64,000 bases of DNA from Verrucomicrobiota bacterium (GTDB lineage Bacteria; Verrucomicrobiota; Verrucomicrobiia; Limisphaerales; VHCN01). Position numbers and translations under genes: made by a program. Of the stretch, positions 9,687 through 23,400 are shown piece after piece (position 1 is the first letter of the stretch; each line of letters starts with the position of its first letter). The stretch is taken from positions 19,126 through 83,125 of the forward strand of contig VHCN01000007.1 of assembly GCA_016871675.1 (NCBI GenBank), written 5' to 3'. Below the pieces are notes generated by a model, which was given only the letters and a program-made list of their open reading frames with translations, was not told the origin of the DNA and did no database searches.

Positions 9687-9739
9687 TATCCTAATCCTAC
9701 TCATGATCTTCATCCGCCTTCGCCGGATGAGATTAGGAT
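9687..9739. terminator. Imperfect inverted repeat / terminator-like hairpin between convergent pyc and ptsH
   Basis: ATCCTAATC (9688-9696) pairs with GATTAGGAT (9731-9739), and TCATCCG (9710-9716) pairs with CGGATGA (9724-9730) around a 7-nt loop. There is a 13-nt one-sided internal loop (9697-9709). It is an AT-rich island in GC-rich DNA and has only a weak T-run afterwards. Confidence 0.4.
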
Positions 9740-9785
9740 TTCGATGAACATCTCGCTGAAGAGGAGCCGTGCGGCGCGCCGTCCC

Positions 9786-10088
9786 TCACTCTTCCTCGAA
9801 CTTCCGAACGAAGAGCGCCTCGATCTCGCGCAGGGCGGGCTCGGCATCGGAGCCCTTGGCCTCGACCTGGAGCTTGCTGCCGGGGCCGGCGGCGAGCATG
9901 AGCAGGCCCATGATGCTCTTGCCGTTGACCTTCTCGCCGTCCTTCTCCACGAAGATGTCGCACTGGTAGCGGTTGGCGATCTTCACGAACATCGCCGCGG
10001 GCCGCGCGTGGATGCCGACCTTGTTGGCCACGACGACTTCCTTGATGGCGATGACTTCGGTGTTGGCGGTTCGCTTCGTCGCGCTCAT
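9786..10088 (-). CDS. ptsH: Phosphocarrier protein HPr
   Basis: 100-aa product from the internal ATG at 10088 of ORF 9786..10256. It has GIHARPA (His15 phosphorylation site) and GKSIMGLL (Ser46 regulatory site). The upstream part of the ORF is Arg/Pro-rich nonsense. Confidence 0.9.
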   Translation of the reverse strand: MSATKRTANTEVIAIKEVVVANKVGIHARPAAMFVKIANRYQCDIFVEKDGEKVNGKSIMGLLMLAAGPGSKLQVEAKGSDAEPALREIEALFVRKFEEE

Positions 10089-10149
10089 GTCTCGCGCCGG
10101 ATGATGGGTCAAGCCGGAATGACTGCAAAGGATTTTTCGACTCAAGCCG

Positions 10150-11103
10150 CTAGGGTCGTGGCAATCCCAACTGCTCGCGCAGCCAGCCGGGGCGGTTGGT
10201 GGTGATGCCGTCCGCGCCGGCGTCGAGGAACTGTCGCGCGGTCGCCACGTCGTCAACCGTCCAGACGTAGAACTTCAGCCCGGCGGCGTGTGTCTTGCGG
10301 ACCCACGAGGCGTCGGCCGGGCCTTTGTAGCTGATGTTGATGCCGTCGAGCTTGGCGCCCTTCGCGCGCGCGATGAGTTCGTCGAGCACCGGCGTCCACG
10401 CCTTCGTGGCCTTGTCCTGCTTGAAGCTGGAGAGGAAGAGGACGGGGATGTCCGGCCACAGCGCCCTGGCTTGCGCGCAGACGTCGAACTTGAAGCTGAT
10501 GATGACGAGTTGCGCGTGCGGGGTGCCGGCGGATTTGAGCACGCGTCCGAGTTCGGGCAGCGCTTCGACGCCGCACTTGATCTCGATGACGAGCCGTCGG
10601 CCGCGCGGGAGGATCGCGAGCGTTTCCTCGAGTGTCGGGAGTTTTTCGCCCTTCCACCGCGGGTCCTTCCACGAGCCGGCGTCGAGGGCGCGCAAGTCGG
10701 CAAGGGAGGTCTTGGACGCGACCTTCGCGACGCCGGTGGTGCGCTTGGTGTCTTCGTCGTGAAGGCAGATGATGCGGCCGTCTTGAGTGAGCCAGATGTC
10801 GAGCTCGACGGCGTCGGCGTGCTGCTCCCAGCCGAGCTTGAACGCGGCGAGCGTGTTCTCCGGGGCGTCGTGCGACGCGCCGCGGTGCGCGATGATGTCC
10901 GCGCCGGCGGCGGCGAGCGCCAGGCCCAGGAACAAGACAAGGAGAGACCGGTGCAAAATGTGCAGCGTCGAGGCTGCACCCCGACTGACCGTGCCAGATC
11001 CCTCGGAAAGTCCGGTCAAAGGCCGGACACTACGCCGACGCAAGATGGACTTTGCAGGGGTCTCAAGGAGTGGCAGTGGGTTCATGTTCGCGCGAGCGTG
11101 CAT
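10150..11103 (-). CDS. Glycerophosphodiester phosphodiesterase (GDPD family), secreted
   Basis: Contains [47 protein letters not shown], the GDPD catalytic motifs, preceded by a hydrophobic signal segment ([15 protein letters not shown]). The start is ambiguous: ATG at 11103 or 11085. The 5' part of the 368-aa ORF overlaps the xylA upstream region. Confidence 0.85.
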   Translation of the reverse strand: MHARANMNPLPLLETPAKSILRRRSVRPLTGLSEGSGTVSRGAASTLHILHRSLLVLFLGLALAAAGADIIAHRGASHDAPENTLAAFKLGWEQHADAVELDIWLTQDGRIICLHDEDTKRTTGVAKVASKTSLADLRALDAGSWKDPRWKGEKLPTLEETLAILPRGRRLVIEIKCGVEALPELGRVLKSAGTPHAQLVIISFKFDVCAQARALWPDIPVLFLSSFKQDKATKAWTPVLDELIARAKGAKLDGINISYKGPADASWVRKTHAAGLKFYVWTVDDVATARQFLDAGADGITTNRPGWLREQLGLPRP

Positions 11104-11227
11104 GGCAGCGGGGCGGCATTCAAGCTTGCCGCACGGTGGCGTTTCCACTAGCAATCCCGTCGCTCGGCGCCCGCGCGTCGGACCCTTGCAACCCGGTAAC
11201 AATCCAACTCCGCACCCCAGCACCGCC

Positions 11228-12535
<1,308 letters not shown>

Positions 12536-12626
12536 GGCGGCAGTGCCCCGCACGCAGCGGTGGATCGCCGAGGCTCGATTTGAGTCTTTCTACAGCAACA
12601 CACGTTCATCTAAGCTAGCGTTCGAC

Positions 12627-13997
12627 ATGACATCCAAGTCCAGACGCGCCGGATTGCTTCTTAGTGCGATGCTCGCGCTGCAGACTGCGGGCGCGGGCCG
12701 GGTCGCAGGCGCGGAGGCGGTGACTTACTTCGGGGATGTGGAAAGGATATTCCGCAATCATTGCGTGGAATGCCACCGGGTCGGCGGCAACGCGCCGTTC
12801 GCGCTCGTGTCGTTCGAGGACGTGCGGCGGAAGGCGAAGACCATTCGCGAAGTGGTCGAGAAGCGCATCATGCCGCCGTGGGGTGCGAGTCCGCAGCACG
12901 GGGCCTTTGTCAATGACCCGTCGCTCACGGCCAAGGACATCGCCAAGCTGGGGCGTTGGATCGAGGGTGGCATGGAGCGCGGCGATGCGGCGCGCGCCCT
13001 GCCGCCGCCGCCGCCGGGGGCCGAATGGCAGATCGGGACACCCGACGTGATCTTTGAGACTGAACCGGTCGAAGTCCCCGGCGAAGGACCGGTGCCGTAT
13101 CGATACGTGCGCCTGCCGACCAACCTGCGTGAAGACCGGTGGGTCGAGGCGACTCAAATCCTCTCCACATCGCCGGAGATCGTTCATCACGTTCTTGTCT
13201 TCATTGAAAGGGCGGCACCACCCGCGCCGGGCGTGACCCGGCCATGGACACCTCCATTTGACCCGACCCGCCTGCTCGAAGGTTCTGAACCCGGCGAGGC
13301 ATGGAAATGGATCGCCAAGTTTCAAGACCACCTAAAGGACTTGCAAGTGGGCGGCGGCGGCGGCCTCAATGGCAGCTTTGCTACTTCGCTCTCCGGTGGT
13401 CGTGGCATGAACTTCCCGCCAGGTCGCGCCAAGCTCCTTCCCGCCGGAGCCACCCTGACGTTTCAGATTCATTACACGCCCGTCGGGACGAAGCGTGAAT
13501 CCAAGACGCGCATCGGCCTGCGCTTCGCCAAGGCCCCGCCGCGCGAGCCGTTGGATTCCCGTTCACTGGCCACGGTCGCCTTCACGATCCCGCCCGGCGC
13601 GAAGTCGCACGAGGTCAAGGCTACAAAAGTCCTGCCGCGCGACGCGTTGCTCGTTTCATTGCGTCCGCACATGCACCTTCGCGGGAAATCCTTCCGCTTC
13701 ATCGCCGAGCAACCGGACGGGCGGGAGGAAATCCTGCTCGATGTTCCGAAGTGGAATTTCGAGTGGCAGGTCGAATACATCCTCGCCAAACCGAAGCTGC
13801 TGCCGCGCGGCACGCGACTGCGCGCCCACGCCACTTACGACAACAGCTCAGGGAACCCGGCCAACCCGGACCCGACGAAGGAGGTTTTCTTTGGACTCCA
13901 GAGCCACGAGGAAATGATGATCGGCTACTACGAAGTCGTGTGGGGACCGGACCCGCGGGCCGCGTCTGCCAAAGGCGCGGTGCGCCCTGCGCCCTAG
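12627..13997 (+). CDS. Secreted fusion: mono-haem cytochrome c domain + PHM/DBH-like type II copper monooxygenase domain
   Basis: Signal peptide [23 protein letters not shown], then a CVECH haem-binding motif in the [10 protein letters not shown]...MPPW context. It continues with [27 protein letters not shown] and [10 protein letters not shown], which give the HH...H...HxH...M copper-ligand pattern of peptidylglycine alpha-hydroxylating monooxygenase / dopamine beta-hydroxylase. Confidence 0.7.
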   Translation: MTSKSRRAGLLLSAMLALQTAGAGRVAGAEAVTYFGDVERIFRNHCVECHRVGGNAPFALVSFEDVRRKAKTIREVVEKRIMPPWGASPQHGAFVNDPSLTAKDIAKLGRWIEGGMERGDAARALPPPPPGAEWQIGTPDVIFETEPVEVPGEGPVPYRYVRLPTNLREDRWVEATQILSTSPEIVHHVLVFIERAAPPAPGVTRPWTPPFDPTRLLEGSEPGEAWKWIAKFQDHLKDLQVGGGGGLNGSFATSLSGGRGMNFPPGRAKLLPAGATLTFQIHYTPVGTKRESKTRIGLRFAKAPPREPLDSRSLATVAFTIPPGAKSHEVKATKVLPRDALLVSLRPHMHLRGKSFRFIAEQPDGREEILLDVPKWNFEWQVEYILAKPKLLPRGTRLRAHATYDNSSGNPANPDPTKEVFFGLQSHEEMMIGYYEVVWGPDPRAASAKGAVRPAP

Positions 13998-15478
13998 TAG
14001 CGGTAGTGCTCCGGCTTGTAGGGACCTTCGACCGGCACGCCGAGGTAGTCGGCCTGTTTCTTGGTGAGCTTCGTCAGCTTCACGCCGATGCGCTCGAGGT
14101 GCAGGCGGGCGACTTCTTCGTCGAGATGCTTGGGCAGGCGATACACGCCGACTTTGTTCGTGTCGTGGTTCTTCCACAGGTCCAATTGCGCGAGGCATTG
14201 GTTGGTGAAGCTGTTGCTCATCACGAAGCTCGGATGGCCGGTGGCGCAGCCGAGATTCACTAGACGGCCTTCGGCGAGCAGATAAATCGTGCGGCCGTTC
14301 GGCAGCGCGTATTTGTCATACTGCGGCTTCACGTTGATGCGCTTCACGCCTTTCAACGTGTTGAGCTTGTCCACCTGAATCTCGTTGTCGAAGTGGCCGA
14401 TGTTACACACGATCGCCTGGTCCTTCATCTTGAGGATGTGATCGAGCGTGATGACGTCGCAATTGCCGGTGGTCGTCACGTAGATGTCGCCCGTGCCGAG
14501 CGTGTCTTCGAGCGTGGTGACTTCGAAACCTTCCATCGCGGCTTGCAGCGCGTTGATGGGGTCAATCTCGGTGACGATGACGCGCGCGCCGAATCCGCGG
14601 AGCGAATGCGCGCTGCCCTTGCCGACGTCGCCGTAGCCGCAGACGACCGCGACCTTGCCGGCGATCATCACGTCGGTGGCGCGCTTGATGCCGTCCGCAA
14701 GCGATTCGCGGCAGCCGTAGAGGTTGTCGAACTTGGACTTGGTGACGGAGTCGTTGACGTTGATGGCGGGCACGAGAAGCTTGCCCTGCTCCAACATCTG
14801 GTAAAGGCGATGCACGCCGGTGGTCGTTTCTTCGGAAACGCCTTTCCAGTCTTTCACGACTTCGTGCCAGAAACCGTGGCGTTCCTTTGCGACGCGCTTG
14901 AGCAGCGCCTTGATGACGGCGACTTCGTGGTTGTCGCTCGGCGTGTTGACCCAGGTGTCGCCGTTTTCGAGTTCGTAGCCTTTGTGGATGAGCAGCGTGG
15001 CGTCGCCGCCATCGTCCACGATGAGTTGCGGGCCTTTATTGCCGGGATGCGTCAGCGCGGCGAGGGTGAAGTTCCAATACTCTTCGAGCGTTTCGCCCTT
15101 GTGCGCGAACACGGGCGTGCCGGCTTTGGCGATCGCGGCGGCGGCATGGTCTTGCGTGCTAAAAATGTTGCAACTGGCCCAGCGCACGGACGCGCCGAGT
15201 TCCTTCAGCGTCTCGATGAGAATCGCCGTCTCGATGGTCATGTGCAGCGAACCGGTGATGCGCACGCCGTTAAGCGGCTTCTGCGGGCCGTATTTCTTGC
15301 GAATGGCCATGAGGCCGGGCATCTCGTGCTCGCAAACTTCGATGGTTTTGCGGCCCCACTCGGCGAGCGAGACGTCACGGACGGAGTAATCCGGGGCGGC
15401 TGGCGCGATGGGAGAAGAACTCATATCGGTCGTGGTTGCGGGTTTCGTGCGCGGGCGGGGGGCGGTGAGTGTGGGCAT
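13994..15478 (-). CDS. ahcY: Adenosylhomocysteinase
   Basis: [35 protein letters not shown], a Rossmann GYGDVGKG motif, and a C-terminal ...YKPEHYRY. An alternative start is the ATG at 15424. Its stop overlaps the stop of the convergent gene ending at 13997. Confidence 0.95.
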   Translation of the reverse strand: MPTLTAPRPRTKPATTTDMSSSPIAPAAPDYSVRDVSLAEWGRKTIEVCEHEMPGLMAIRKKYGPQKPLNGVRITGSLHMTIETAILIETLKELGASVRWASCNIFSTQDHAAAAIAKAGTPVFAHKGETLEEYWNFTLAALTHPGNKGPQLIVDDGGDATLLIHKGYELENGDTWVNTPSDNHEVAVIKALLKRVAKERHGFWHEVVKDWKGVSEETTTGVHRLYQMLEQGKLLVPAINVNDSVTKSKFDNLYGCRESLADGIKRATDVMIAGKVAVVCGYGDVGKGSAHSLRGFGARVIVTEIDPINALQAAMEGFEVTTLEDTLGTGDIYVTTTGNCDVITLDHILKMKDQAIVCNIGHFDNEIQVDKLNTLKGVKRINVKPQYDKYALPNGRTIYLLAEGRLVNLGCATGHPSFVMSNSFTNQCLAQLDLWKNHDTNKVGVYRLPKHLDEEVARLHLERIGVKLTKLTKKQADYLGVPVEGPYKPEHYRY

Positions 15479-15520
15479 GGTTCGTAATGAGTAACGAGTG
15501 ATGCGTAAAAGGTGAGGCGA

Positions 15521-16705
15521 CTACTTTACAGCTCGCTTCAAGGCCGCAGCCTTGTCATGGCGCTCCCACGTGATGCTGGCGAGGTCGTCGACCTTGCCGA
15601 AATGGCCGTAGTTGGTGGTCTTGCCGTAGATCGGGCGCAGCAGGTTGAGTTGCTTCACGATGTCCGCGGGCTTGAAGCTGAACACGGCGCACACGGCCTT
15701 CTCGATCTGCTCGTCCGTCAGGCCACTCTGCGCGGTGCCGAAGGTGTTGATGCACACGCTGACCGGTTCGGGATGGCCGATGGCGTAGGCGAACTGAATC
15801 TCCGCGCTCGTCGCGAGGCCCGCGGCGACGATGTTCTTCGCCACGTAACGGCCCATGTAGGCCGCGCTGCGGTCCACCTTGCTCGGGTCCTTGCCGCTGA
15901 AGGCGCCGCCGCCGTGCCGCCCCATGCCGCCGTAGCTGTCCACGATGATCTTGCGGCCGGTCAAACCGGTGTCTCCCTGCGGCCCGCCGACGACGAACCG
16001 GCCCGTCGGGTTGATGAGGAACTGCGTGCGCTTCGTGAGCAGGCGCTTCGGCAGCGTCTTCGTGATGACCGCGTCGATGCAGAATTCCTTGATCGTCCTG
16101 TGCTTCACGTCCGCGCTGTGTTGCGTGGAGATGACCACGTTGGTGATCTCGACGGGTTGATCGTTCACGTAGCGGACGGACACCTGCGATTTCGCATCGG
16201 GCCGGAGCCACTTCACCGCGCCGGCCTTGCGCAACCGCGTCAGCTCGCGGCCGAGCTGGTGGGCGAACATGATCGGCGCGGGCATCAACTCCGGCGTCTC
16301 GTTGCACGCGTAGCCGAACATCAACCCCTGGTCGCCTGCGCCCTGCTCGGCGTGCGCCTTGCCCTCGGCGGCCTTCGCGTCCACGCCCTGCGCGATGTCG
16401 GGCGACTGCGACGTGACGGCGTTCATGATGAGCACCTTGTCGGCGTGGAAGACGTCGTCGTCGTGCGTGTAGCCGATGCCGCGGATGGCGTCGCGGGCGA
16501 TCTGGTTGAAGTCCAGCTTGGCCTTCGTGGTGATCTCGCCGCCGACGACGACGAGGTTGGACTTCGCGTAAGTCTCGCACGCCACGCGGCTGAATTTGTC
16601 CTGCGCGAGGCAGGCGTCCAGCACGGCGTCGGAGATCGTGTCGCAAACCTTGTCCGGGTGGCCTTCGCCGACCGATTCCGAGGAGAAAATGTAGTTTTTG
16701 CTCAT
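15521..16705 (-). CDS. metK: S-adenosylmethionine synthetase
   Basis: [45 protein letters not shown] and [19 protein letters not shown]. It lies directly upstream of ahcY on the same strand. Confidence 0.97.
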   Translation of the reverse strand: MSKNYIFSSESVGEGHPDKVCDTISDAVLDACLAQDKFSRVACETYAKSNLVVVGGEITTKAKLDFNQIARDAIRGIGYTHDDDVFHADKVLIMNAVTSQSPDIAQGVDAKAAEGKAHAEQGAGDQGLMFGYACNETPELMPAPIMFAHQLGRELTRLRKAGAVKWLRPDAKSQVSVRYVNDQPVEITNVVISTQHSADVKHRTIKEFCIDAVITKTLPKRLLTKRTQFLINPTGRFVVGGPQGDTGLTGRKIIVDSYGGMGRHGGGAFSGKDPSKVDRSAAYMGRYVAKNIVAAGLATSAEIQFAYAIGHPEPVSVCINTFGTAQSGLTDEQIEKAVCAVFSFKPADIVKQLNLLRPIYGKTTNYGHFGKVDDLASITWERHDKAAALKRAVK

Positions 16706-16759
16706 TCAGTTGAGGGTGGGCGATGAAGGGGCGCGGGCCGCGACGACAAACACCGTGCG

Positions 16760-16787
16760 AAGATACGGACGGCAAGGGGAGCGTCAA
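16760..16787 (-). promoter_or_regulatory. Candidate sigma70-type promoter for metK-ahcY
   Basis: On the minus strand: TTGACG (16787-16782), a 16-nt spacer, then TATCTT (16765-16760). This leaves a ~50-nt leader before the metK ATG. Pattern match only. Confidence 0.3.
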
Positions 16788-16896
16788 CGTTGAATTGGCC
16801 GCAGGAAAGAGTTGAAACGCGCCACACCCACGGGGTTTGATGGCGCGCGGCAACCGGCAGGCAGGGAGCAGTCCCGGCCGCCGCCGCGCCGAACCA

Positions 16897-17187
16897 ATGA
16901 CACCGGACCACATCCTCTGGACTTACATCGTGCTGCTCATCGCGGGCGGGTTGGTGGGCTGGCTCAAGGCTGGCAGCAAGGCGTCCATCATCGCGTCGGT
17001 TGCGTGCGCCGTGCCGCTCGTGCTCGGGCTGCTCCTCAAGTGGCCCAACGCCATCATGGCCGCGCTGCTCGGCGTGCTCGCCCTGTTCTTCGCGGTGCGG
17101 ACGATGAAGTCCAGGAAGTTGATGCCCTCGGGGCTGATGCTCCTCCTCACGCTCGTCACGCTCCTCCTCCGGTCGGTGCTGAAGTAG
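16897..17187 (+). CDS. TMEM14/UPF0136-family small membrane protein
   Basis: 96 aa from the ATG at 16897, with four hydrophobic segments. The IAGGLVGWLKAGSKASIIAS motif matches the GGxxG(Y/W)xKxGSxxS signature I recall for TMEM14. Confidence 0.65.
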   Translation: MTPDHILWTYIVLLIAGGLVGWLKAGSKASIIASVACAVPLVLGLLLKWPNAIMAALLGVLALFFAVRTMKSRKLMPSGLMLLLTLVTLLLRSVLK

Positions 17188-17193
17188 CGGGTG

Positions 17194-19863
<2,670 letters not shown>

Positions 19864-19947
19864 GCGGCGGGGGATGCTGGTCCAACCGCGCGTCATGCGC
19901 CGAGCTTTTTCTTTCCCGCGCGCCGCCGGTTCCGCTACGGTTCCGCC

Positions 19948-20433
19948 ATGCCGTCATTCGACATCGTCTCCGAAGTGAACTCGATGGAGATTGAGAACGC
20001 CGTGAACCAGGCGAAGAAGGAGCTGGCGAACCGCTTCGACTTCAAGGGCAGCACCGCCGCAATCGCGCTGGAGAAAAACGACATCAAGCTCTCGGCCGAG
20101 ACGGACTTCCGCGTGCGCTCGATGGTCGAGATGGTGCGCACGCGGCTTGCCAAGCGCGGCGTGAGCCCGAAGAACATTGACGAGGGCAAGCCGGACATCT
20201 CGCCGCTCGGCCACGCGCGGCAGGTCATGAAGATCAAGCAGGGCATCGCGCCTGATGCGGCCAAGCAGATCGCGCAGTTCGTCCGCGACACCAAGCTCAA
20301 GGTCAGCGCCGCCATCGAGGGCGAGAAACTCCGCGTCACCGGCAAGAGCCGCGACGACCTGCAAGCCGTCATCGCCGCCGTGCGCACGAAGGAATTCCCC
20401 GTGGCCCTCAGCTTTGTGAACTTTCGGGATTGA
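19948..20433 (+). CDS. yajQ: YajQ-family (UPF0234) nucleotide / cyclic-di-GMP-binding protein
   Basis: 161 aa from the ATG at 19948: [35 protein letters not shown]...LSFVNFRD, a near-textbook YajQ sequence. The preceding ~345 codons of ORF 18910.. are antisense to the GH63-like gene. Confidence 0.9.
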   Translation: MPSFDIVSEVNSMEIENAVNQAKKELANRFDFKGSTAAIALEKNDIKLSAETDFRVRSMVEMVRTRLAKRGVSPKNIDEGKPDISPLGHARQVMKIKQGIAPDAAKQIAQFVRDTKLKVSAAIEGEKLRVTGKSRDDLQAVIAAVRTKEFPVALSFVNFRD

Positions 20434-20484
20434 GCCAATGAAGCGCGCGGGATTCGAGATCGAGGGCAACCGGATTCCCCATCC

Positions 20485-23400
20485 ATGTCGCCTCTCTCGA
20501 TGACCCCGCCGCCCGGCGGGCGCCTGCTGCGCTTCGTCGGCGACACGGTGCGGTTCGCGCTGCGGCCGGCGTCGTCGCAGCAATCGCCCGGGCGCGGCTG
20601 GTCCGCGCGACTCCGCACCGACCTTGGGCGCGCGGACCTCGTGCGCCGTGAAATCGTTGACGCGAACTTCAAGAAAATCCCGCTTGCGGGCGCGTGCTGG
20701 CGCGACGTGCCGATGCGCTGGGCCGACGGCGCGTGGTCGCTCGAACTGACGCTCGCCGAAGTCGGCTGGTTCAAGGCCAAGGCTTACGCGCTCGACCCGC
20801 GCGGCTGGCAGCACTGGCCCGACGGCCCCGACGCAGGCGTCACCGTTCATCCCGACTGGAGCCGCAGCGCGAACACCATCTACTGCGCGTTCGCGCGCAT
20901 GTTCGGCGCGGGCAAAACCGCCGCGACCGCGTGGGACGATGAGCGCGAGGCTGAGTTCAAGAAACTCGATGCGCAGGGGTTCACGGTCATCCCGCCCTCC
21001 GGCACGTTGCGGGACCTCGCGCGCGAGCTGCCGCACATCTTCGGCACGCTCGGCTGCCGGATTCTCCATCTGCTGCCGGTCAATCCCACGCCCACGACGA
21101 TGGCGAAGTTCGGCAGGTTCGGCAGTCCCTACGCGGCGCTCGACCTCACGGGCATTGACCCCGCGCTCGTCGAGTTCGACAGGCGCACGACGGCCACCGG
21201 GCAGTTCCGCGAACTCGCCGACGGCGTTCACGAGCGCGGCGGACGGCTCTTCCTCGACATCGTGATCAACCACACCGGCTGGGGCTCGCGCGTGCAGGAG
21301 GCGCATCCCGAATGGTTCCTGCGCGATGCGAAGGGGAGCTTCGTTTCGCCCGGCGCATGGGGCGTCACGTGGGAAGACCTTACCGAACTCGAGCACGTCC
21401 ACCCCGGTTTGTGGGTCGAGCTTGCCGATGTCTTCCTCACGTGGTGCCGGCGCGGCGTGGATGGCTTCCGTTGCGACGCCGGCTACAAGGTCCCCATGCC
21501 TGCGTGGCAGTTCATCACCGCGCGCGTGCGGCAGGAATTCCCCGACACGGTATTCTTGCTCGAAGGGCTCGGCGGCGGGTGGGCCGAGACCGAATCGCTT
21601 CTCACCGACGGCGGCATGCAGTGGGCCTACAGCGAACTGTTCCAGGAAAACACAGCGCTTCAAGTGCAGGGCTACCTCGACCACGCGCTCAAGCAATCCT
21701 CGCGCGTCGGGGTGCTTGTCCACTACAGCGAGACGCACGACAACGCACGCCTCGCCGCGAAGGGCCGCGCGTGGTCGCTCTTCCGCAACCGCCTCAGCGC
21801 TCTCACGAGCGTCAGCGGCGGCTACGGCTTCACGTGTGGCGTGGAGTGGCTCGCGACGGAGAAAGTTCGCGTCCACGGCAGCACCGGCATGAACTGGGGC
21901 GCGACCGACAACATCACCGCGGAACTCGCCGCGCTGACTGCGCTGCTCGCGGAACACCCGTGCTTTCTCGATGGCGCGCGGCTCACTCGCGTGAGCCCGG
22001 CCGGCTCGCCGGTCTTCGGCCTTGTCCGGCAGTCCGCCGACAACAAGGACGTCGTGCTCGTGCTCGCGAACACGGACGCAGACAAGCCGCACCCCGTCAC
22101 CCTCGACCTGCGCGACGCAGGTTTTCCCGGCAGCGCCGGCCTCGGTGCGCGACGGCTCACCGATTTGCTCGGCCAGGTCGCGCCGCGCCCGCAGTCCACC
22201 GGCGACGGCCATTTCACGTTCACCGTCGCTCCGCTCGAATGCCACTGCCTCGCTCTGGACCCGATGCCGCTCGGCCTCACCGGTTCCGCTTACCGCCGCG
22301 CCCGCGCGCAGGCCGCGTGGGGACTCGCCGCGCTCGCGCGGGCGATGCCCGCCGAGAGCATCGGCACATTTGACTGGCGGCAAGTGGCCGCCGTCGTGGA
22401 CCGCTCGGCCGCCGACTGGCTGGCTTCAGTCAGCCTGGGAAAACCCGGCGCTTCCGCGGCAGGCTACGCCCCGGTTGTCACGTGGCGCGCATCCGATCGA
22501 TCGCGGGTGCTGCTCGTGCCGCCTCATCACTGGCTGCTTGTCGAGGCCACCGTGAGCTTCCGGGCGACGCTCCTCCGTGGCGACAAGCCCGAGCACGCCG
22601 CCTCCATCGCCACCGCCGCCGGACACGTCGCCAGCTTCGGCCCGTCCGACTTTGCCGGTGATGCCGAGTTGCGCGTGCAACCATTCGGCGGAACGTCGCA
22701 GGCAACGGGCGGCGCGATTCGATACCTCGCCTCCGCGCCGGCCATTCCGCAATCCGCGATCCGCAATCCGCAATCGTCACTTGTTCTCCTCACCAACGGC
22801 CGCGGCGGCATGGCGCGCCTGTGCGTGGATCCCGGCAACATCCACTCCAAATACGACTGCGTGCTCGGCGCAAACCTGAACGCGTCCGTGCCCGTGGACC
22901 GCCATGTCTTCGTAAAGCGCCTGCGTCTGTGGTGCAACGCAGACGGCTTCATCACGCCCTTGAACGGCGGGAACCTGGTCGCGTTCGAAGCCGGCCCTCG
23001 ATCCCGGTGGCAGTTCGTGGCAAATGCCGGTGACGGCCGTGCGGCTGGCATCGAGCTCAGCGTCGAGATGTTGAACCAGCGGAACACCGTCGTGGTGCGT
23101 CTCGCCCGCACCGGTGTGCCCGGGGGACTCGGCCGCGAACTGCCCGCGAGCGCCGACGTGCGGCTGACGGCGCGTTTCGACATCGAGGACCGCAACTTCC
23201 ACTGGGAGACGAAACGCAACAGCGCCGCGGAGCATCACTTCTCGAGCCGCTGCCAGGTCGAACATCGCACCGGCGCGCACGAGCACACGAGGGTGCTGCT
23301 GGCGGGCGAAGTCCCCTCCGCGTCCGCGGCCGATGCGCCCATCGCCAGCGGCTTCAGCTTCACGCCGGCGCGTGACCGGCAATTGCGCATCACGGCCAAC

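Noticed and set aside
9687-9739. Could the phased short repeats (here and at 61611-61640) be a CRISPR array or a minisatellite?
   Set aside because: The units are 6 nt with no spacers, total length is under 60 nt, and there are no cas genes. They are not CRISPR. They are reported as hexamer arrays instead.
10787-11227. N-terminal 147-codon extension of the xylA ORF (582-aa track ORF), and similar extensions: 18910..19947 before yajQ, 41782..42012 before DUF1501, 37176..37400 before dgt, 10089..10256 before ptsH
   Set aside because: The extensions overlap genes on the other strand or the preceding gene, and translate to Arg/Pro/Ser-rich nonsense. Internal ATGs give N-termini that match the family consensus.
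13994-13997. Convergent genes overlapping at their 3' ends: shared CTAG stop overlap at 13994-13997, a 20-nt overlap at 24836-24855, and a 27-nt overlap at 26946-26972
   Set aside because: Short 3'-3' overlaps are common in compact GC-rich genomes and do not by themselves indicate regulation. They are noted only as a sign of tight packing and the absence of intrinsic terminators at these junctions.
16706-16896. Possible SAM riboswitch in the metK leader
   Set aside because: The leader after the best promoter candidate is only ~50 nt. It lacks the SAM-I core and the SAM-II/SAM-V pseudoknot motifs as I remember them. This needs an Infernal scan to be certain.
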